Positions 40,801 to 49,664 of a stretch of 64,000 nucleotides of DNA are shown one piece after another (the first letter of the stretch is position 1; the number at the start of each line of letters is the position of its first letter). Below the pieces are notes generated by a model. It had not been told where the DNA came from. It did not search any database and saw only the letters and a program-made list of their open reading frames with translations. This DNA is from Ophelia neglecta (Eukaryota), in assembly GCA_965285935.1 (NCBI GenBank), contig OZ260667.1, positions 40,362,001 through 40,426,000 on the forward strand, in the 5' to 3' direction. The position numbers and the translations under genes were made by a program.

Positions 40801-43011
40801 CTCGAGGGGGCAAGATAATCCACCTGGTTTAAGTTCATACCAGTCGTGCATGCTGTGCTCAACTAGTGTGTCAAATTGCACCAAATGTACAAACGCAGCA
40901 CAAGGTGTGAATTGTTTAGCTTGTTCAATTGGAACTTACCTTCACAATGGACAATGTGAAAGTAGTTGTCCAACAGGCTATATACCTGACTCGGGGACTT
41001 GTAAGGAAGATGACAGTTCTTCTCGTTTAGCTATCATAATTGGATGCAGCGTGGCAGGTGCTGTTGTCCTTGTGATACTTCTAATTCTCCTTGTGTGCTG
41101 TTTGAAAAGGAGAAAGAAGCCACCACAACCAACACCTGCACTGCCAAGGAAAGAGGAATTGGATAGAATGAGGGTAAATTATTTTAATATTTTATCATTC
41201 AAAATGGCCAAATTCCTTTTGATGCCACTCACAAGAATATAATATTGCTTTTAATTCTAATTCATTATCAATTTTCTTTTGTACATGTATTATGAAATAT
41301 ATAATATATAATAAGCTGCAATAACCTTTTATCTGTAACAGTCTTGATAAAACATGGAATGAATTGAATTTGATATTTAAAAGATGAATTGTATTACCCA
41401 ATCCTTGGGTTGGGGGGGGGGGGGGGAGGGGTCTTCCAACCCCTTGAGAGAGGGAGCCCCCAACCCCTAGAGAGAGGGGTCCCCTAAACCCTGGAGGGAG
41501 GGATCCCCTTCAAGTTGATTTATTAGATTATGATCTGTTCCTTCTTCTAATGGGACAAATGGAAAACTGTGAAATGGCAGTTACAGCAAGAAGGTATTTT
41601 TAATTTAAGCATGTTTACTCCCTTGTGGGGGGGCAATGAATTGTGAACGGGGTAAATAAAAGGTAAATACCTAGCTGGGAAGTTAAGATAGCTGGCGTTT
41701 GGGGGGGGGGGAGGTGAGTGGGGGAGGAAATTATCTAATAAAATAAGTTAAAGGATACACCCTTCATTTTTACTAAGTTTGAGCCATACATTATTTTTTG
41801 AATTTTATAATTGAAGCCTTGTAACTGAACTTTGTTATGTTTTTATGCAGTCTATGTTCAAGTGTCCACTAGACATATTCACCATTCCTTTTCATAGGAG
41901 AGGGGCCTGGGTTTTATCAATGCCTTGTTTCTCTTGCCTTGTGTCTTTGTTTCTCAATGATTCCTGTTGACAACAGACAGGCTGATTTGGTTATTCCCGA
42001 TGACTTTTTTAACTACTGGTTGTTATCACTGTGCATTAATTCTTTTGCCAGCACACAGACACATTACCATTGTCTGATAGTCGCCGTCTTCCATCTGCAG
42101 TAATCCAAGAGGTGAGCTTAAATTTTCTCTTAGTTAATTTTTCCCCAAATATTTATCGTACAATCAGTATCTGAGTGTCTTATATTTTTTCTAATGCAAT
42201 CTTTACTTTTACATATACAAGGACAGCTTGATATCTAAATTTATACAACATTCACATACATGTACATGTATTATTATTGTCTCAACTCATAAAAACTTAT
42301 TGCCCAATGTATACATAAATGCTGGTATTTTTCCAGCAAGTAAACCATAATGTTGAGGAAGAGCACCCTCAGGGAAGGGCGTCTGCCAGGAATGGAAAAC
42401 CAGGTCCACCTAGTCACAGCAGAGTCGTATCTGACCCACAGTTATATGAGAACCCTGATGATGACGACCCTGAAGCCTTGTATGTCAACAATGAAGATGA
42501 CCCTGGGCCACCATCTCATGCATCATATGTTCAGGTGCACAAAAATATAAGTCCACTTGCACCTAGGAGTGTTAAAGACAAAAACAATGCAGGCGCTGTA
42601 GCCAATCGTGGTAAAGAACCAAAAATACCTAAGTATGAAAACACAAAAAAGGAACTAGAGGCATTTCATAAAAACAAAGGAAAAGGGACCAAAGATTATG
42701 TTAATGTAAGTGATACACTAGCAGAATATCGTGAAAGCAAGAATCCTCCTGCACCTAGTCATAAAGCACCCCCCCAAACGACAGCTCATAAGATGCCTCC
42801 CAAAGGACATGCCAGTCCTCTCAAACATGGATATGTTAATGATTCAGTGACAACAACGAATATGAGCAAATATGATAAACAAGTTCCAATTGGAGGAGGG
42901 GTTGAGGATGAATATATAACAAAAGACCAACAACATCGTAGCTATTACAATGTTCCTACTAACAAGGGTCCAGGATCGTCTTATTATAATGCTAAATCAG
43001 GGTATAAGTAA
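37811..43011 (+). CDS. Uncharacterised type I membrane protein (~487 aa): signal peptide, two furin-like Cys-rich repeats, mucin-like insert, TM helix, YxN-rich disordered cytoplasmic tail
   Basis: Phase-consistent exons: 37811-37876 (MDPNMGKVILVIWLTLLHLIAM, donor GTATGT; alternative in-frame ATGs at 37793 and 37823), 39643-39772 (GSAAYNCSLCQMEGCAVC...CNECCEGYYK), 40043-40123 (S/T/P-rich), 40722-41173 (S/T-rich, CMLC...CPTGYIPDSGTC, TM LAIIIGCSVAGAVVLVILLILLVCCL-KRRKK), 42052-42111, 42337-43011 (TAA). Confidence 0.85.
38574..38940. repeat. 24-bp minisatellite, ~14 diverged copies
   Basis: Unit ATTACTGGCAATCCTTTGTAACTT; period 24 (38581 to 38605); lies in the intron after the signal-peptide exon. 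Confidence 0.9.
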
Positions 43012-43074
43012 AGTACATGCCTTGGAAGAAGATCAAACAGAATACACATGTTTTGGTTTCTATATTATTTTAAA

Positions 43075-43080
43075 AATAAA
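43075..43080 (+). terminator. Candidate polyadenylation signal of the membrane-protein gene
   Basis: AATAAA 64 nt after the stop codon. Confidence 0.45.
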
Positions 43081-44923
43081 GTATTATATAAATGTATGAA
43101 CAAATAGTTTGGTTAAATAACCATGAAAATTTTAATTTTATACCTTGCATGAGTATAAATTATCTGGGATTCATACTGACATGTGGCACATATTATAAAA
43201 TATATGCCCACCTCTTTTTGAGAAAAAAAGGTACTGACACCACATTTTTCATAGATTGTACATAACTATATGCCAGGTGATGATTTACAAGAACCATTAT
43301 GCACACCTGCTGTGTTCAGGCGTGAGGAAGTAGGGGAGATCACATGATGACATTTTTAAAATGACGTTTTCAAAATAGCAAAAAACATGCTAAGTTGACA
43401 GCATACCAGGAAGTGGGTCCCGGCGGGGGTGTGTGGTGGGGGGATGAGGGGGGGGGGGGATGGGGCCCAATACTGGACTTGCTACTGCTTAATGAATTTT
43501 CAGTGTAGTATCATTATGATAAGGCACGGGTATTGAGCCGGTATGGGTGTGGAGAGTATTTGAATCCTTACAAATGTCTATAATTAATCAGAGCAGATCA
43601 ATGCTTTTATAACTGTTCTATGTGACATCAATTATTTTGCTCTCTAACCATCTGCATGAAAGTTTGAATTGTGAAATTGCTGATATAGTGAAATGTGATG
43701 TCGTTTCTCGCTGACTGGTGCTTATTTTTTCATGCATGTAAATGATAGCCTTGCCTCATGGTGTACATTTCTGGGGGAAAAACCCAGAAAGACTGTCATA
43801 ATAATCTATAGGCAAACAATTGATTACTTCAAAGTAAAAGAAATTCTTGTTATTAATGTGAAGTCTGCCATAATTACCGTAAATGATTTAATAGAAGACG
43901 CATCTCTAATAATAGATGCACACTTAGTTTAAGAAAATGTTTGGTCATTGATTTTATTTGGATATTCATGCTTAAAAATTCTTATAAAGGAACTTTGTTA
44001 TTCCAAAACAAGACTCATTCTTATGTTCACTTCAAAGTTTGTTATTTTCTAGGCCTGGAATATGAAAAAAGTGACACCTCTATTAGAACAAATATGGCAC
44101 ATTGATTATATATGGTGCACCAGAAATTGATCCTGGTCACCCTGGTCCTCAGTCTAGACACACAGTGAGTGTCTGATGTAAACCAGCTTTGTCTCTATGT
44201 GAGTCGATGTAGAAAATGATTTATGTACTGGTATTTTAATATTAAGCAACATTAGAATCACAGGAAATACATGAATTATTTGATCAAAAGAGGACCAGGG
44301 TCAAAGTGAGGCAGATCATTTTACTGTATTATGAATTAGTGTGTTGAAAAGTTAAAATTTACAAAAGTACATGTATATCTAATGAAGTAAAAAACTTACT
44401 TAAACTACATGTACATATATGAACTGGCAAATATAACATTTATTTATCATCACAGAACAATTTTATTCCAATAATGCATTTGAATTATTAAGGACATTTT
44501 TATGTGTATTACATGTATATTATCATATATTTATCAATGGATTGAATGAATGTTCAAGTATTTTTGCATGTTAACACCTTAAGAATATATGTTTTGTACT
44601 AAATAATAATTGGTAAAAACTAAGTACAAGTTACCCAATCGGGTATTTCTTAAATATGCATTGTGATTCATTTTACATGCTATCCTATTAAAACTGTAGC
44701 TTTATCAAATATATCAAAATTGGTTTTAATTTAAATTCATAAATGCTGAGCAGCTTAAGTAAATATAATACCATTTGGTGAAAGGTAAATTGTGAGAAGT
44801 TTTGTCTGAAATCATAAGTATAAATTAGTTTTGTTTCATCTTTCAAAAAAAGAAGCATTAAGTCATTCCTAAAGCTGTGTAACAATAAATGTATTATAAC
44901 AATTTTCCCTTTCAAACACAAAA

Positions 44924-47900
44924 TTAAAGAAAAGATGGCCTTCTACTCCAGTCAAATTTGTTAGTAAAAGTCCATTGTTTTGTGTCATCAGTAATGTCAC
45001 AGTCTCCTATCTGAACATCTCCATCTTTTCTTGGTTTCCCTAAACATAACATACCCCTTGTCGTTCTGTATCCTAAAACAAGCGTTTTACCAGCTTGCCT
45101 CAGATATGTCCATTGCATTGCCTTGCTACATGTTTGTAGCTGTAAAGAACTCCTCTCAATCTTGACACATAAATCAGAGCCGATGTTTTTCAATAACCCT
45201 GCTCTATTTATTGTAAAATATTGTGACCGTTCAAGGTCCACACAGTCTACCAAAGTGAAGGTATTATTGTGCGGTACTAGAGTCAAGCATTGAGATGTGG
45301 CCAAGCTTTTCATCTGCCCATAATATACAGCATCATGATCCGGTAGAGGCATTTCAGGAATGACATGTTTCATAAACCACCTGAAACTTTTACATTTTAA
45401 TTTGTCTTTGAGCTTCAGCCTCTCTCTCAGTGACTCCACATTCACATCCACATCCAACTGTCTCGGAGCTTGGGCATAGAAAAATCCTTTGTATTCTTGT
45501 AAGACCACTTCTGCAGTCCTAACAGAGTTGTGGTATATGACACTCTTGGCATCCCCCTGGAAAGAGTATGGGATTCTTTTTCGGAAGATATGTGCCACAC
45601 GCGAACATGGTAGAATCTCAACCCTTCCACCACATTGCCAGACACGGAAAGAAAATTCCACGTCATCCACACCCCATATTTTCATATCTGGGTCAAGCAG
45701 GCCTAAGTGCATGAAAAACTTTCTCCTGAGGGAAAATGCTCCAGCTGGCATTATAGGGGATATTATTGGCTGACTTTCCACACTTCTGCCATCTTTCATG
45801 GCTTTGGGGATGTCTTTCCAGTAGAACTCCAGGTTCCAGTTGAACCCTCCATGGTAGCCGATGAATGTGCCCTTAATGTTGAAGTCCTCATCGGAGATGG
45901 TGTCCAGTAGAGACATTACCACTGTATCTGGATGGATGTTTATGTGACTGACGATCGGCTCTAGCCAGTGCTGGTTTACTTCTACATGAGAATCTATGTA
46001 GGAAATGATGTGGCCACGAGCATAAGAGGCTCCGATGATACGAGCCCTGGTGGAGCCTTCTCTCTGTACAGTCCGGATCAAGCGAACCTGGCAATGACAT
46101 GTTATAAAAGAAGTATTAGGCCTATAGGAAGTTAATAACATGGAGTTAATGCTACTTTTATAGTGTTCTTGTATGGTTTATGGCATTCGGTGTCCATTAA
46201 AATGAGTATTTTGGAATTTTTGTAAACCAAATTAAGGGGCTGGATCAAACACATGAACATGTTCCCAACCCTCCCCCACCCTCACCCCCTTTAGACTGAT
46301 GATCACCATTGTTACGGGTGGGGACCCACCATGACTATTTAGAAGAAGAAAAAAAATAATTAAATATGAAACTGAGACCCAAAATAATTTGAACATGTCT
46401 ATAAATAATACAAAATAATAACTTTAAAATAAGTAAACCTAGGTACAGCAATACCATATTTCAATTGCCTTCTTCGTATTGGTTCCCTCCACTCATTACT
46501 CTTTACTGTGAACTAAAACTTAACCTTTAAATACAAACCACTGACAATATGACACAGATATATGTATCCCAGTGAAAGCAATGGCACAAGAAAGTTTAAT
46601 AAATAACTTATTTCCGTGGTGGTCCACACAAATTATACACCTGGTGACCATCAGGTCTAAAGTTAGTCCCCAAAATGCAGCATAATGCAACAAAACATAT
46701 ATATACATTGAAACCTGTCTAATCAGGTCAGTCAAGGGAATGGGAAAAAACCTGACCACATTATGTAGGTGACCTTAATGAGCAGGTCAGTTAACACAAG
46801 CATAAATTGGTATCAGGCTATTAATTAGTGACCTCAGTGGGCAGGTGACCTTATTACACAGGTGACCACAAACACAGGTTTCACTGTATAAGAAAAAAAA
46901 AAAAATCCAATTTCAAACGTAGTGCTAAAGTATGCCGAAAGGTACAATGACCAAAGGTACTACTTAGACTATAAGTTTAACAATGCCCCAAGCCATATAC
47001 CATCTCCTCCCAAAGGCCCACTGTTTAGCAGGACAGGATGCAATTACGTACTGTACTTGGGCAAAGCCCTCCAGACCGATCACGTTTCATGAAGAGCGCG
47101 TTCCATGAAGAGCAGAGCACGTTTCATGAAGAGCACGTTTCGTAATTAGGTCTGCTTTATTCAGTCTGCTATCAAAATTCGTTCCAATAAGCAATGTTTA
47201 AGACAGGGTCCCAGTTACATTATTAAGGGTCTGGTTAAAGAAGTTTGTATACGCAAGATAATTAAATTTAGGAAAGCATAGCTGAAAATGGAATGATTCT
47301 AGTTGGCAGTGTGATAAGAGGAATGTAGCAATTTGATATAAACACATCAAGTAATTAAATATTAACTATAATAACTAAATGTTGACCTATGGAATTCACG
47401 AGAGTCTTACAGGTCCATATTCATAATTATGGCAGCATGTAGTTTTTACCAAATAACCATTAAATATAATTGTCATGGTGTAATGATTTCTTCACCTTAT
47501 GCAATGTGCATATTGCCTTTTCCAGTTCTTCTTTTAGACAAGTCAAATCGTCTGTGCTCTTGTCGTCAACTAACAGTACCTCCAGCAATAGATCTGGGTT
47601 GGATCTCTCCAACACAGAATGGAGCGTTCTCAGCAGTGTAGAAAGTTGTTCATTGTGGAACGGTATGACCACGCTGACTGATGTCGAATCATTCCTGCTC
47701 AAATTAAACCTCTCTTGTTCTTTTATACAGACCTTGGGCCTGGTGTCCCAGATATCCCGATTGACCGCAATTTCGTTACCGATCTTATCGTTGTAGGAAA
47801 ATGTACCATGACATTTTCCGCGATTTGTTACATAAAGTTTTCCGTTTTTATCTTCTTTTGCCCAGTTTCTGTAAATACCAATGTGCTTTGCGGTGTCCGT

Positions 47901-48218
47901 GAGAAATACATCCCCGTGAAGAGCGGCAAGGAACTGATATTCTTTGAATGTTTCTTCCACTCCCTCGCCGCTGAGGAGAATGCTACTGACGGTCGGAGCA
48001 CCGAGCCGAACAACGTTTCCCCATTCTAAGCTATATTTGAATATCACAAGTGTCCATGTAAGCAATAAAAATGTTTTCTGTAATAACAACACCCTGTACT
48101 TCAGTTTTCGGTTTCGGAGACAGCCATTTATCCAATCAAATGAATATGAATTAGATCTACCAAGGAAATGGCTTGTCGTGTTCTCTAAAATCATAATATG
48201 GTGTCTTCTCCAAGCCAT
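44924..48218 (-). CDS. GALNT: Divergent polypeptide N-acetylgalactosaminyltransferase-family protein (GT27 plus ricin-B lectin), ~628 aa, two coding exons
   Basis: Exons 48218-47496 (donor AAG|GTGAAG) and 46087-44924 (acceptor CAG|GTT), phase 0. N-terminal hydrophobic anchor; motifs SVVIPFHNE..TLLRTLHSVL, LLVDD, DSHVEVN..WLEP, GGFNWNL.F.W, FRVWQCGG..ILPCSRVAHIFRK..PYSF, CKSF.WF; C-terminal three-repeat ricin-type domain with Q.F/QW motifs. The start codon is uncertain and no isoform number can be assigned. Confidence 0.92.
46706..46886. mobile_element. Tc1/mariner (pogo/Tigger-like) MITE in the GALNT intron
   Basis: TA-CATTGAAACCTGT ... ACAGGTTTCACTG-TA; internal repeated CAGGTGACC motifs. 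Confidence 0.75.
47081..47142. repeat. Short tandem repeat CACGTTTCATGAAGAG x~3.5
   Basis: Directly visible 16-20-bp periodicity. Confidence 0.75.
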
Positions 48219-48249
48219 AGTTGTATTTGTTTTGCGTTTAAACAATTAT

Positions 48250-49660
48250 GTGACACATCTGTACAAGTTCAAATGGTCATATATTATACTTACCTCAAAT
48301 TTCAAACGTGTACACAGATCTAATTACAGTTAAAATGTCGCTTGCCTCGGGCAGGGAAGCTCACAACTGGCAACATCATCGTGCCATAAACTGAATATCG
48401 TGCTAATAGCTACGGGAATTTATGTGCTGTTTTGTGTGTCTGTATTTTATCAAAGTATAGAATACCGTTACAGTATGCGTCGTTAAAAATACGAACATAA
48501 TTTGGCATGGTTGTGTTTGTTTCAGCTGTATCGATATCTTTACCTCTGCCGGCAATGTAGACACTAATAACTTTAAAACAAATATGAATATAAATTTGTA
48601 TAACAAATTTTATTTCTTTTACTCGATCGGACCAAGAAGTCTGTATTTGTGATTATAGTTGGGATGCTATCCACACATAACAAATAACAGTCGGGCCGAT
48701 CACGTTTGGTAAGAAGCCAGCGTCATTATCGCCCTCAAGAAACTGAAACACTTGGAAATGTATAATATTGTAGGCCTATATAGGCCTATAGGTCAATATG
48801 TGTAAAATAAAATTTTCATAGCCCCCCATATTTGATTTAATTTTGCAAACATTGGTTTCCACGCAGGTAAAGTCAATAACATTAATTATCACAATTTTCG
48901 ATGACCTAGTTATAAAACTATTTTATTACAAAATACACGTATACTACAACTGTTTCTATGAATATTCTGATGTCAACTCATATATATATAGTACTCACCT
49001 AAAATTGTTTATTTTTTTCTATTAAAATTTTATATCGATACAATTGTATGTCGACACTTAAAAAATTAATGTTAATTTACTGTCCAAACTCAAATAAAAC
49101 ATAGATTTAAGGATAAATAATCTGCAAACCCTTTTAATTTTGCTAGCCTTATAAATTTTCTTTAGTCTGATCAAAACTAATCCCTGGTAATTAAGTGTCT
49201 AATATATCACGTGATCCTAAACGCTATCACGCTACAAAAAGGCCTTAATTAAGGTGTTTAACTGCATGAACCTGCTTACCAATGTGGCATTTTTAAATAC
49301 ATTGGGACAACCTGAAACAATATAAATCACGGCGTGACCCATCCACTACGGTGACCCAGGTCACCGCGTTTCAAATCATATATTATACACGGAAACAGTC
49401 ATGTGTCCCAGATATCTCAAAATGAACTTCGAATATCTAAGAATCGAATTTAAATATTCTTTATGGTCCAAGATGGCTGGGACCAAAATGACCTGCTAAT
49501 AGATACACTACTACTACTTTTCTGGATCGACTCGGCGATCAACCACCACAGCACTGATCTGTTAATATTGCTGACATCTTACTTATCCTGTGACGTTTTA
49601 AACAACAATATTCATGATAGTCAGAGATAAACGATACAGTGAAAACAACATGGTCTCACC
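48250..49660. promoter_or_regulatory. Head-to-head promoter region between GALNT and DEPDC5
   Basis: Divergent start codons 1.44 kb apart; CpG retained; palindromic E-box ATCACGTGAT 49206-49215; inverted repeat CGGTGACC-CA-GGTCACCG 49349-49366; YY1-like CAAGATGGC 49469-49477; TGACGT at 49591. Confidence 0.55.
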
Positions 49661-49664
49661 ATGA
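49614..49664 (+). promoter_or_regulatory. Upstream ORF overlapping the DEPDC5 start codon ([16 protein letters not shown])
   Basis: ATG 49614 and in-frame ATG 49650 (AACATGG, strong Kozak). Its TGA (49662-49664) overlaps the main ATG (49661-49663) as ATGA. Confidence 0.5.

Noticed and set aside
40840-41005. Calling the membrane protein a PCSK5/furin or R-spondin orthologue
   Set aside because: No subtilase, P or TSP1 domain exons are present; only the generic furin-like repeat is shared.
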